A DNA stretch of 64,000 nucleotides, from positions 1,056,001 through 1,120,000 of the forward strand of contig CAXVYR010000004.1 in the NCBI GenBank assembly GCA_963666975.2, written 5' to 3'. Within the stretch, counting starts at the first letter, position 1, and each line of letters begins with the position of its first letter. Origin of the DNA: Terriglobia bacterium (GTDB lineage: Bacteria; Acidobacteriota; Terriglobia; 2-12-FULL-54-10). Shown piece after piece: positions 40,079 to 49,814 of this stretch. Under the pieces are notes generated by a model. It was not told the origin of the DNA. It did no database searches and saw only the letters and a list, made by a program, of their open reading frames with translations. Position numbers and translations under genes: made by a program.

Positions 40079-41036
40079 CCGTTTGGCGGGGTGAGCACTA
40101 TACCCCCCCTGAAGTTGGCCCACCCCCCTGTGGAAAATCGAGGTTTCTCCGGCTGAGTCTATGTGGCTTCTTTGAGGGCGGCTGGTTCCCTAGACGATTG
40201 CCAGAGTGCTATATTGGTGATTAGTCTTGCTTGGTTCCAACACGTTTTAGCATGATTTTTCTACCACACTATTCACGCAATTAATGGACCATAATCGGGC
40301 TCATATTTGGATTAGGAGGTGAGCTACTATGTTGATGGTGGTATTCGGGGCTGGTGCCTCTTATGACTCAGTCCCTTCGCGTCCTCCGAATAAGTTCCCA
40401 CTTCCACACCGTCCACCGCTTGTGGATGAATTGTTTGCGGACAGGAGTGAGTTTGCTGAACCGATGTCCCTCTTTCCGAAAATCCACCCCATCATTCCCA
40501 ACCTTCGGGCTATCCCCGAAGATTCTACGTTGGAGCAAGAACTCGAAAAATTACAGAAACAGTCGAGGGAGCACCCAGCGCGACATGGACAACTGGCTTC
40601 TGTCCGTTTTTATCTCCAGTACATGCTTTCGCAGTGTCAAGACAGGTGGAATGAAGATGTTGCTAAGGGCATAACGAATTACAACGTATTATTAGACGAC
40701 ATTGAACGTTTGCGTAGAAAAGAAGAGCGAATCTGCATGGTTACTTTTAACTATGACACTTTGCTTGAAGCAGTTCTACACACTATTAACATTGAAGTAA
40801 GAGATATTCATGATTACGTTGCAGACGAGTATTATACACTGATTAAGCTGCACGGCTCCGTCAACTGGGCCCGCGAAGTCGAAACGGTAATCGATGCAAA
40901 TCACGGATTTGATGTTGCACACGAGTTGATTGCAAAGGCCGACAAACTTGTAATTAGCCAAAGATACCGCATAGTGTACGTCGTCAGATAATGTTGGACA
41001 CAGAGCATAAAAAGATAAGATGTGGCGTTCAGGCTC

Positions 41037-42485
41037 GAGGGTGTCCCATACATAGTTGAAGGTTGAACGGCGGTTCGGCCCGAATCGAATAGAATCGGGC
41101 CAAGCCTAAATCCTATAGAAGGAGAACCGCCGAATGAAGGGAAAATATCACGTTTTGGAACTGGGTTCCAAGGGAGCCGAAGAAACCATCCAGAAGTTTT
41201 GCCAAACCAACGGACAGATGCTGTTGCCGGTGGTGGATCTGATCACGGAGGCGCGTCTGGCGGTGGATGAGGTGATTGATCGGGCCGGGCGAGGTTTGAT
41301 TGAAACGATTCTGAGCATGAGCGCAGAGCAAATCGCGGGGCCAAAGAGTCCCGGGAAGGCGAGCGGAGAGGTGCGCTGGCATGGCCGGCAATTGGGGAGG
41401 GTGAAACTGGCCGATCGCCAGCTGCGGGTGGAGCGGCCCCGGCTGCGCCGGAAGGGCGGAGGGGAAGAAGCGGTGCCGGCCTACGAAGCACTGCGGAAAA
41501 GCGAGAAGACGGGCGAGGAGATGTTCGAGGCACTGTTGAAAGGGGTTTCGACGCGGAACTACCGCGAGGTGATCCCGGAGATGGCCAACAGCGCTGGGGT
41601 GTCGAAGTCTCAGGTGAGCCGGGAAGCGGCCGAGCAAGGAGCGCGGCGGCTGGAAGAACTGTTGGCGCGGCGCTGGGAGGAGGTCGAGATTCTGGTGATT
41701 TACCTGGACGGAATGCGGTTCGGCTCCCACCACGTCATCAGCGCCGTGGGCGTGGACATCGAGGGCCGCAAGCATGTGCTGGGGATTCAACTGGGCGCGA
41801 CCGAAAACGCCGCTGCGGTGAAAGACCTTCTCACCCGCCTGCGCCAGCAAGGTTTGCGCACGGATCAGCGCTATCTGTTTGTGATCGACGGCGCCAAAGC
41901 GCTCCGCGCGGGGATCGAGGAAGTATTCGGCAGCAATCAGCTGGTGCAGCGTTGCCGTACTCATAAGCTGCGCAACGTGGCTGAGCGGTTACCAAAGGGC
42001 GACAAAATGCTGGCGAATCAGGTGCGGTCGCTGATGCGCGCCGCCTGGCGATTGCCCCAAGCCGAGGAAGGCATCGTGCGCATAAAAAAGCTCGCTGGGA
42101 TGATCGAGTGCGATCATCCGGCAGCAGCCGCCAGCTTGCGCGAAGGGTTGGAGGAGACCTTTACGATCAATCGAGCCGACGTTCCTCCCAGCCTCCACCG
42201 CTGCCTGGCAACCACGAACCTCATCGAGAGCCCGCAGTCGGGCGTGCGGAAAAAGACTGGCAATGTTTGCCGCTGGCGCGACGGCGAGATGACGTTGCGC
42301 TGGGTGGCAGGAGCGTTTCTGCTGACCGAGAAGAATTTCCGGAAGATCATGGGTTATCACGATCTCTGGGCTTTGGCATCGATTCTCGGCCGAAGTCCAA
42401 ACGCTGCTTCCTCTCACAAGGAGAAAGTGGCGTAATATGAACTCAACCCGCCGTCCCAACCTGCAACTGAGTTTGGGACACCTTC
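41037..42485 (+). mobile_element. IS256-family insertion sequence, copy 2
   Basis: Same IRs as copy 1; perfect 8-bp target duplication TCAGGCTC. Confidence 0.96.
41134..42435 (+). CDS. IS256-family transposase
   Basis: Protein identical to 12768-14069. Confidence 0.95.
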   Translation: MKGKYHVLELGSKGAEETIQKFCQTNGQMLLPVVDLITEARLAVDEVIDRAGRGLIETILSMSAEQIAGPKSPGKASGEVRWHGRQLGRVKLADRQLRVERPRLRRKGGGEEAVPAYEALRKSEKTGEEMFEALLKGVSTRNYREVIPEMANSAGVSKSQVSREAAEQGARRLEELLARRWEEVEILVIYLDGMRFGSHHVISAVGVDIEGRKHVLGIQLGATENAAAVKDLLTRLRQQGLRTDQRYLFVIDGAKALRAGIEEVFGSNQLVQRCRTHKLRNVAERLPKGDKMLANQVRSLMRAAWRLPQAEEGIVRIKKLAGMIECDHPAAAASLREGLEETFTINRADVPPSLHRCLATTNLIESPQSGVRKKTGNVCRWRDGEMTLRWVAGAFLLTEKNFRKIMGYHDLWALASILGRSPNAASSHKEKVA

Positions 42486-42506
42486 TCAGGCTCCTCTGGG
42501 TTGATG

Positions 42507-43490
42507 TTAGGCTGCCCTTCTTTTGAAGTGCAACCGTTTTCTTAAGATCATAGTTTTCTCTTTGATGCGATCCCGTTTTTGCAGGATGGCACTGCCTTGG
42601 CCTGTAAAAACGTCATACGGTGTCAGGTTGTTCAGGCTTTCATGGTATCGGTTGGTGTTGTAGTGGTTGACGAAGGCATCGATCTGCCGCTCCAGCTCTT
42701 CTGGCAGGTAATAGTTGTTGAGCAGGATGCGGTCTTTCAGAGTTCGGTGCCAGCGTTCGATCTTGCCCTGCGTCATGGGGTGATAGGGCTTGCCGCGAGT
42801 ATGCGGCACGCTGTTTTCTGCCAGCCATGATTGCAGTTCGGAAGAGACGTAGCACGGCCCGTTGTCGCTCAGGAGGCGAGGTCTGTGCCGGGCGCCCACG
42901 CGGTCGAGGCCGGTGGCTTGCAAAGCATCCCGCAACGTGGCCGAGACGTCACTTGCGCTCATGGTTTTGCACAGCCGCCAGGCGATGATATAGCGCGAGA
43001 AGTCGTCCAGCACCGTGGACAGGTAGAACCAGCCCCAACCGATGACTTTCAGGTAGGTGAAGTCGGTCTGCCAGAGCTGGTTGACCGCCGTGGTCGGGTT
43101 GGCGAACCGTTCCGCCGCTTTCAGGACAATAAAGGCTGGCGCGGTAATCAGGTCATGGCTTTTCAGGACGCGGTAAACCGTCGATTCAGAAAGGTAATAC
43201 CGCCTTTCCTCGGTAAAACGCACCGCCAGCTCGCGTGACGACAGATCGGGCTCGGCCAGGGCTAACGTCACCAACTGCTGAGTTATCTCCTCCGGCACCT
43301 TGTTCCAGACAGGGCCAGGATCGGGTTTTTTGTCTTCCAGCCCATCAAAGCCTTCCGACACATAGCGGTCGTACCAGTTGTAAAACGTCGATCTGGGAAT
43401 GCCAACCTGCTGCAGCGTCCGGCGCACCCCCAGGGCAGATTGCTCCACCGTGCAGATGATCTCCAGCTTCTCCGAGGCAGGGTATCTCAT
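42507..43490 (-). CDS. IS3-family transposase OrfB (rve integrase core)
   Basis: WQTDFTY, LSDNG and QGKIERWHRTLK. Confidence 0.94.
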   Translation of the reverse strand: MRYPASEKLEIICTVEQSALGVRRTLQQVGIPRSTFYNWYDRYVSEGFDGLEDKKPDPGPVWNKVPEEITQQLVTLALAEPDLSSRELAVRFTEERRYYLSESTVYRVLKSHDLITAPAFIVLKAAERFANPTTAVNQLWQTDFTYLKVIGWGWFYLSTVLDDFSRYIIAWRLCKTMSASDVSATLRDALQATGLDRVGARHRPRLLSDNGPCYVSSELQSWLAENSVPHTRGKPYHPMTQGKIERWHRTLKDRILLNNYYLPEELERQIDAFVNHYNTNRYHESLNNLTPYDVFTGQGSAILQKRDRIKEKTMILRKRLHFKRRAA

Positions 43491-43858
43491 GTATGTTCCT
43501 CCCCATCCCCGATCACGCTTTTTTTTAGCAGGCGATTTTCCAGCATAGCCTCGGCCAGGGCCTCTTTCAGCTGTACGGCCTGCTCCCGCAGAGTCTTGAC
43601 TTCGCCACTGGTTGCCTCACGGTCTATGTCGCCCGCCAGCCGCTTGCGGCCAGCCTCCAGAAACTCCTTGCTCCAGCGGTAATACTGGTTCTGGTGCAGC
43701 CCCTCGCGGCGGCACAGCTCCGCGATGCTGTCCTCGCCGCGAAGTCCCTGCAATACAATGCGGATTTTGTCTTCCGGGCTGAACCTGCGCCGCGTCCTGC
43801 GTTTGATCTCCCGGACGGCCTTCTCGACCGCCCCCCTGTCGTCTTGTTTTTGTCTCAT
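43487..43858 (-). CDS. IS3-family transposase OrfA (HTH)
   Basis: RRFSPEDKIRIVL...ELCRREG; A8G slippery run near 43519-43527 (probable -1 frameshift). Confidence 0.92.
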   Translation of the reverse strand: MRQKQDDRGAVEKAVREIKRRTRRRFSPEDKIRIVLQGLRGEDSIAELCRREGLHQNQYYRWSKEFLEAGRKRLAGDIDREATSGEVKTLREQAVQLKEALAEAMLENRLLKKSVIGDGEEHT

Positions 43859-44685
43859 CTTCGTTCCTTTCAGTCTCTACGATGAGCCAAAAACATCACC
43901 TTAACTATTACCCTCTACCTGTCCAACAAGCCCTGACGGGGCACAACCGCATAGTACCAAGTGGTCCCAATTGGAAAACAAGGGAATATGCTCTTTTCCC
44001 CGCATTGGCTTTACCAGTCGTGACTAAAAGTGATTTTGCATGTCCAGCGGAGCACCTAGATGTATTGCAGGAATTTATTCCAAATGTAACGAAATTAATG
44101 GTGATCGGGTGGCGTGCAAGAGACGAAGCTTTTCTCCGCTTACTTGCGAGCAAAATTCAAAACAATCTACGGGTGATGGTTGTCGCGGGAAATCCAGTAT
44201 CTGCACGAGAGGTAATTCAAAATCTCAAAAATCAGGGTATAAGAGGGGATTATTCATCGACTTCTGGTGGATTTACCGAAATGATCCTCAATCACCAGGC
44301 GGAAGATTTTTTGCGAAGCGGGTAGCCACGGTGAGAGCTTTACTCGTCGTGAGCATTTCTTCAGCTTCCTTTTGGCTCGATTCCAACAAGCCCCGCAAGC
44401 GTTTGCCAATGCCGTGGATGCGGAACCCGCCTGCCAGCACGAATAGTCACGGCGTAAGGCTCAGAGACCCCAAGTGTTGATGACAAGATTGAGAGGGTGA
44501 CCCCTGCAAGACGGGGCTGTATCTGTTCGAGATATTCCTTTTCAGTAAGCCCGGCGGGGTATCCAGACTTTTTCCAGGTGCGCTGTGCGGCGGCATGGCG
44601 GCGCTGTGTGTTTGCCCGACGGGCCTGAGCCTCGGCATTTACAAACCCACGGCAAATTGAACTGCAAATTTGCCGTGGCTACCAC

Positions 44686-44892
44686 TTAAGCCGCCCCAAT
44701 CTCAACCTCGACCATGCGAACCTTTGGAGGGCGTGTGGCTTGTGGCGGCTCAAAGTACAATTCCAGCGCTTCTTGCAGGTTTGCGAGGGCTTCTTCTTCC
44801 GTCTCTCCCTGGCTCGTTACATCGACCTCCAAACACTGGGAGACAAACCAGTCTCCTTCGCGCCAGACGGTAGCAGCAAATGAACGCTTCAT
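44686..44892 (-). CDS. hicB: HicB-family antitoxin, orphan
   Basis: WREGDWFVSQCLEVDVTSQGETEEEALANLQEALELYF; AGGAGG RBS. Confidence 0.88.
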   Translation of the reverse strand: MKRSFAATVWREGDWFVSQCLEVDVTSQGETEEEALANLQEALELYFEPPQATRPPKVRMVEVEIGAA

Positions 44893-44961
44893 GCCCTCCT
44901 TTTTCGCACACCCCATCGGAGTTCGCCTAGCCCGGAAGCGACTCGGTAGCGTGGCAGCCAT

Positions 44962-45072
44962 GGCCCGCCGAACCGAAAGTCCTCTGGATCGCAGGCTGGT
45001 GAGCGTTTTTCCCTCGACTTCTCCCTCGGTTTCGCTCGGGACAAGTCTCGCCTTGGGTCTTTCGGCGGCGTT
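44962..45072. repeat. junction repeat R2, copy 1 (copy 2 at 48666-48740)
   Basis: GGCCCGCCG.ACCGAA.GTCCTCTGGA.CGCAGGCTGGTGAGCG...GGCG.CGTT; copy 1 has an insertion of about 36 bp. Confidence 0.85.
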
Positions 45073-46637
45073 TACTTTGAAGTGATCAGCAAATGTGCAT
45101 AGGTAAAACTATCCACAAGAGCTTTCCAGCTGGCGTCGACGATATTCCCATCGACTCCAACTGTTCCATAGCTTTTTTCGCCGATCACCGATTCAATCAG
45201 CACTCTTACCTTTGCCGCCGTTCCCCTTTGCTCTGGAATGATCCTGACCTTATAGTCCTCCAGCTTAATCTCCCCCAGCTCCGGATACTTGCTCACCAGC
45301 GCTGCCCTTAAGGCTAGGTCTAAGGCATTTACAGGACCATCTCCATAAGCCATTTTTGTAACTTCCTCGCCGCCGACCTTGATCCTGACGATAGCGCACG
45401 ACTCGGAGCTAACTGATTCTTTTCTGGCAACCTCAACGCGATATTCTAACAAGTTAAATATTTCCGTATGTTCGCCTTTGATGCTCCTTACGAGCAAATC
45501 CAGCGACGCATCCGCCGCCTCAAACGTGTAACCCTGGTGCTCCAGGCTTTTAATCTTGTTGACCACCTTGCGGGCAAGCGAATCTCCCTTTCGAATGCCG
45601 AATCCCTCCAAGGCTTCTATATGCGCTGTCCCAGCCAAATCAGAAACCAGAAACTGTCTTCTATTCCCTACCACTTCCGGATTGATATGCTCATATAATC
45701 CGGAGTTTTTCAGGACGGCGTCCACGTGAACTCCGCCTTTATGGGCAAAGGCGGAATCTCCAACATAAGGCTGCTGGCTGGCCGCCGGCAAATTCGCTAT
45801 CTCATAAACGAATCTTGCCAGCGCCCTTAATCCCGATACATCAATATTTCCTTTCGTTGGGGTGCCGTTTTTAAATAAATTGGCGATGGAGGTGATTAAG
45901 TCGGCATTTCCGACCCTTTCGCCAATGCCATTGATAGTGCCCTGCGCCATCTCCACGCCTTCATAAACCGCCACCAGGCTGTTTGCCACCCCGTAGCCAA
46001 TATCGTTATGCGCGTGAATTCCCAACCTCGCATCGGGCAACTCTTTTTTTACCTGCCGGATCATGTCCGCGACGGCAAGAAAGTCCGTTCCGCCGTTTGT
46101 GTCGCATAGCACTATGTGCTGGGCTCCCGACGAATGCGCAGCATGCAACGTGCTGATGGCGTAGTCCTGATCCAATTGGAAGCCATCAAAAAAATGCTCC
46201 GCATCATAAATCACGTCTTTCCCGCGGCTTCGCAGATATGCAATGGAATCGGAAATCATTCGCAGATTTTCCTCCGGCTTGGTTAGTAGAGCCTCTCTGA
46301 CATGGAATGTGGAACTCTTGCCGAAGATGGTTACAGTTTGCGTGTCAGCTTCAATGAGCAACTTCAAATTGGCATCATCTTCCGGATTAACGCCTTTTTT
46401 GCGAGTACTCCCGAAAGCCGCAACCCGAGCGTATTTTATTGGAACATCTTTTATTCGATGAAAAAACTCGATATCTTTCGGATTGGAACCGGGCCATCCG
46501 CCCTCAATATAATCGAAGCGCAAATCATCCAGCCTCTTGGCTATTTGCACCTTGTCGTCGGCGGAAAACGAGATGCCATTGCCTTGGGTTCCATCTCTCA
46601 ACGTTGTGTCATAAATTAGGATTGGTGTTTTTTGCAA
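45072..46637 (-). CDS. cimA: (R)-citramalate synthase
   Basis: DTTLRDGTQ, IEGGWPGSNPKD, YDAEHFFDG, HAHND, AHKGGVH and a LeuA-type regulatory domain. Confidence 0.92.
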   Translation of the reverse strand: MQKTPILIYDTTLRDGTQGNGISFSADDKVQIAKRLDDLRFDYIEGGWPGSNPKDIEFFHRIKDVPIKYARVAAFGSTRKKGVNPEDDANLKLLIEADTQTVTIFGKSSTFHVREALLTKPEENLRMISDSIAYLRSRGKDVIYDAEHFFDGFQLDQDYAISTLHAAHSSGAQHIVLCDTNGGTDFLAVADMIRQVKKELPDARLGIHAHNDIGYGVANSLVAVYEGVEMAQGTINGIGERVGNADLITSIANLFKNGTPTKGNIDVSGLRALARFVYEIANLPAASQQPYVGDSAFAHKGGVHVDAVLKNSGLYEHINPEVVGNRRQFLVSDLAGTAHIEALEGFGIRKGDSLARKVVNKIKSLEHQGYTFEAADASLDLLVRSIKGEHTEIFNLLEYRVEVARKESVSSESCAIVRIKVGGEEVTKMAYGDGPVNALDLALRAALVSKYPELGEIKLEDYKVRIIPEQRGTAAKVRVLIESVIGEKSYGTVGVDGNIVDASWKALVDSFTYAHLLITSK

Positions 46638-46800
46638 TGTCGTTCCTTATTTCTTATTGTAACTTCGCTTTGATGGCAAATCCCCGGCCAGGCCATTTTC
46701 GTTCATGGCCCAACCTCACCTTGCGAGGCCCACGAGTCTCAACCGGAATTAGTTTTTTGACTCTCCGGCGGTCGCCAGTATACACCCGTCTTGCTCCCGA

Positions 46801-46926
46801 GGGGGGTGTGGGCCAGAAACAGGGGGGTAGCACTTTTTCCTTTTGTATAGCCTACCCCATCAACCATTTGGCATTTGGGGGGGGGGGGGTGAGCACTATA
46901 CCCCCCGATTGTTAGCCCACCCCCCT
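46801..46926. repeat. back-to-back inverted and direct copies of junction repeat R1
   Basis: GGGGGGTGTGGGCCAGAAACAGGGGGGTAGCACT (46801-46834), then GGTGAGCACTATACCCCCCGATTGTTAGCCCACCCCCC; compare 40090-40130 and 48986-49026. Confidence 0.8.
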
Positions 46927-47147
46927 TGCAGCAGCTAAAATCAGGTCACCTATTGTCACTCGGGAGGCTTGCTTTGGGCTACGGAGGAAATGTGCTTGGG
47001 AACGCGACGGGCTGCCCATAGGAAAAACCGGATGGCAAACCGAATTGATGCTGTCCGGAGTTGCTGGCACCGTTGCAGTTTCAGTTTGTGATAAGGCAGG
47101 TGGGGAATTTTTATCCGGCGCTCTACAGATTCTCCCAATTATCTTCA

Positions 47148-47834
47148 TTATCTTCGCGGCGCTGCGGTGGTTTTGCCGAAGAGCCGGAAGCGGTAGTTTT
47201 TGGTGTCGTAGGTGATCCGCATGAGCGTCAGCAAGAGCAGCGCTGTCAGGAAAAGAAGCCCGGCATAGAGCATCTGCGGAATTCGAACCGGCAGCCAAGC
47301 CATCCAGACGAAAGCCCGTTCGAGTTTCCGGAGATCGGCAACAAAGCGGTCACGCCGTTTCGCCCAGCGGTAGCGTGTGACGTGGTTCACCCAGCGATAG
47401 CTGATTGTGTGGTAGCGCAATTCCAGGTGCGCCCGCAGGTGCGCCTGATTCTCCTGGTCGAGCCAGAACCCGTCACCATTTTCATTGAAAACAAAAAAAC
47501 GCCTGGGGCGCATCACCAGCAAAGCAAAGGCCCGGCAGAGACTTAATTTGAATTCCCCTGTGGCGAAGATCACAACCAAATCATATTCTTTTCGCGCTTT
47601 CCACTCGAGACGGAGACCGCCGAGCAAGCGTTTTACCCGGAAAGTGTTGCGGAACCCGAATCCAGACCGCGCCGTCTTTGCCAGCAGGTCGAAGGTCAGG
47701 AGCGGGAATACATCCCGCAACTTGGCGTAAGCACAGGAGGCCGTATCGGCGGAAGCAGATTCGATGATCAGGCCTTTTCCAGACCACCGGTCAAATGGCG
47801 AACCCTGGAATGTGTAGCGAAAGTTTGGAAACAT
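47148..47834 (-). CDS. basic hypothetical membrane protein
   Basis: Starts 1 nt after the methyltransferase stop; FFVFNENGDGFWL; C-terminal TM. Confidence 0.7.
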   Translation of the reverse strand: MFPNFRYTFQGSPFDRWSGKGLIIESASADTASCAYAKLRDVFPLLTFDLLAKTARSGFGFRNTFRVKRLLGGLRLEWKARKEYDLVVIFATGEFKLSLCRAFALLVMRPRRFFVFNENGDGFWLDQENQAHLRAHLELRYHTISYRWVNHVTRYRWAKRRDRFVADLRKLERAFVWMAWLPVRIPQMLYAGLLFLTALLLLTLMRITYDTKNYRFRLFGKTTAAPRR

Positions 47835-47835
47835 G

Positions 47836-48576
47836 TCAGGGCGCCACCAGAATGTTATCAAAGGAACAGACAGGGCACTTCCACAACCCATTCGATCCAG
47901 CGGAATATTCCGAAATCGGGGCGCCGCATTGGGAGCAGACAACGTGAATCTGCTGATAGCCCCGCTGTTCTCCGAGGCGGAACAGCAGAAGATAGTCGTT
48001 CGCCTCCAGCGGATTGTTTCCCGTGGCCCGGCGCCATGTCCGAAAACTTCGATAGATTAGACGCCGGATCAAGTTGCCGAGAGGAACGTCCCGCAGCCAT
48101 GTGAATCCGCCTGGCGCAAGCCCCATTCCCTCCAGCTTGAAGCTGCTTTGCTGGTAAACCAGCGAGATGAATGTATCGAACCCATATAACTGAATGTGCC
48201 CGCCGCCTTTGAAGGTAAATCGGTAAAGACGGTCCTCCAGGCTGCTGGATCGCGGGATGGCGATGTAAAGCAGACCGCCGGGCCGTATGACTCGATTCAG
48301 TTCGCGCAGTGCAGAACGCGGATCGCGGAAATGCTCGAACACATAACCGCAGATGGCCGCGTCAAAGGCGGAACTGGCCCAGGGCAGTTGTTCGGCTTCG
48401 GCCCGGACGATCCAGGCATTGGGAGGCCATGAGCCGGATTCCGTATGCGCAAACTGTTCCGTGCCGAAAAACCGCAGCTGCGGAAAGCGGGTGTAGGACA
48501 CCGTGCCGGAGCCGCATCCCAGGTCCAGCACGCACGCACCAGCGGGAAGCTGCGCCAAGGGGAGAAAATTATTCAT
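47836..48576 (-). CDS. class I SAM methyltransferase with C-terminal Zn ribbon
   Basis: VLDLGCGSG, VFEHF, RVIRPGG and CSQC...CPVC. Confidence 0.88.
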   Translation of the reverse strand: MNNFLPLAQLPAGACVLDLGCGSGTVSYTRFPQLRFFGTEQFAHTESGSWPPNAWIVRAEAEQLPWASSAFDAAICGYVFEHFRDPRSALRELNRVIRPGGLLYIAIPRSSSLEDRLYRFTFKGGGHIQLYGFDTFISLVYQQSSFKLEGMGLAPGGFTWLRDVPLGNLIRRLIYRSFRTWRRATGNNPLEANDYLLLFRLGEQRGYQQIHVVCSQCGAPISEYSAGSNGLWKCPVCSFDNILVAP

Positions 48577-48731
48577 CTGCCGGCACCTTGTCTCACCACG
48601 AAAGCAAAGAATCTGAGATTAGGCGATGGGCGTGCTTCAAGTCAACCCTGCAAGCGGATAGCAACGGCCCGCCGTACCGAAGGTCCTCTGGACCGCAGGC
48701 TGGTGAGCGCTTTTTTCGCCGTGGGCATTTA

Positions 48732-49026
48732 GGCGACGTTGCCTGCTGCCAGCACCGTGAACAGTTGCAGGTTCGGCTCGGCGACTATACCTTGTTGTTG
48801 CCCTTGCAGCGACACCACTCCCGGTGACACTGCCCCCAGCCACAACACAAAGCCATACAAGAAGATAGGAGGGAATTTGCGAATTCTCAAAGGGCCTGAT
48901 TGCCTTTCGGCCACCAGAATCGATGGCCAATTGCTACATCATTACAGTCTAGGAAATCGGGGTCCGCAGGCAACCGTTTGGCGGGGGTGAGCACAATACC
49001 TCCCCTGAAGTTACCCCACCCCCCTG
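48732..49026 (-). pseudogene. diverged duplicate of the TPR gene 5' end, its promoter and R1 (original 39818-40130)
   Basis: MAERQSGPLRIRKFPPIFLYGFVLWLG...LFTVLAAGNVA*; 18-bp deletion relative to the original. Confidence 0.92.
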
Positions 49027-49245
49027 GTCTGGGGATGCCGGTGCCAAGCGGTGAGAAATGTGGCTATAACTCAGGCCAATGGCGTACACTTGCTAGCAGC
49101 GGGAGGACACAGCGAATAATCCTGGCAAACCAACCGCCATGGCACCCCCATGGCTCATTCAATCTTGGATTGACCGATGAGCCATCTCCCAAATGTTTCG
49201 GGGACACATGAAAGTAAGATTGGACATTCCTCATTAGGAGGAACA

Positions 49246-49814
49246 ATGAACGCGATGAGAACATCCATCTTAGCCGGCTTACTCATTGCTCTGGTACCCG
49301 TTGCTTACGCTCAAGAGATTGAGCCTGATCAACAGTACTTATTACTTGCTACAACAAAAACATCCACGATGCAGAAAGAACTCGATGAGGCCTCCTCGCA
49401 AGGTTTCAGGGTCGTGGTAGGTTCGCCGACCAGTGGCAAGGAAATGGCATTGCTGCTCGAGCGGGTGACCCACCCGCACCTCCAAAAATTTACACCTACC
49501 AACTGCTCGCGACTACTCGCACGAGCACCATGCAGAAAGAACTCGATGAGGCTGCCTCAGAGGGGTTTCGCCTGCTACCAAATACCATGATTGCGAAAGA
49601 TCGGATGTTTGGCGACGAGGAAATTGTGGTCATATTGGAACGGGAGCCGAACGCAACCAAACGCTACTCCTACAAGCTTCTCGCTACAAGTAGGACTGGA
49701 ACATTGCAAAATGAAATTTCGGAAGCAGAGGCGGACGGATATGTTGTGGCAGGAATGGTCAGCCGTGGTGAGCACATGGTCATATTGGAGAAGGAATCCC
49801 CCGGGCGCGAGTGA
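49246..49814 (+). pseudogene. secreted three-repeat protein, frameshifted near 49470
   Basis: Three YxLLATxxTxT(M/L)QxE(L/I)xEAxxxG(F/Y) repeats split across two frames; GGAGG RBS. Confidence 0.75.

Larger units (their letters stand above)
40975..43945 (-). mobile_element. IS3/IS481-like element (about 1.5 kb by itself) carrying an IS256
   Basis: IRs TGTACGTCGTCAGATAATGTTGGACA and TGTGCCCCGTCAGGGCTTGTTGGACA; 9-bp flanking repeat ACCGCATAG. Confidence 0.92.
40329..44325 (+). pseudogene. SIR2-like domain protein split by nested IS elements (40329-40974 + 43955-44325)
   Basis: VFGAGAS, TFNYD, KLHGS and VIGW; removing the IS and one ACCGCATAG copy restores a 338-aa frame (...QRYRIVPSGPNW...). 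Confidence 0.88.

Noticed and set aside
40076-49026. R1/R2 as CRISPR repeats or integron attC sites
   Set aside because: Spacing is kilobases, there is no cas or intI gene, and no RYYYAAC...GTTRRRY palindrome
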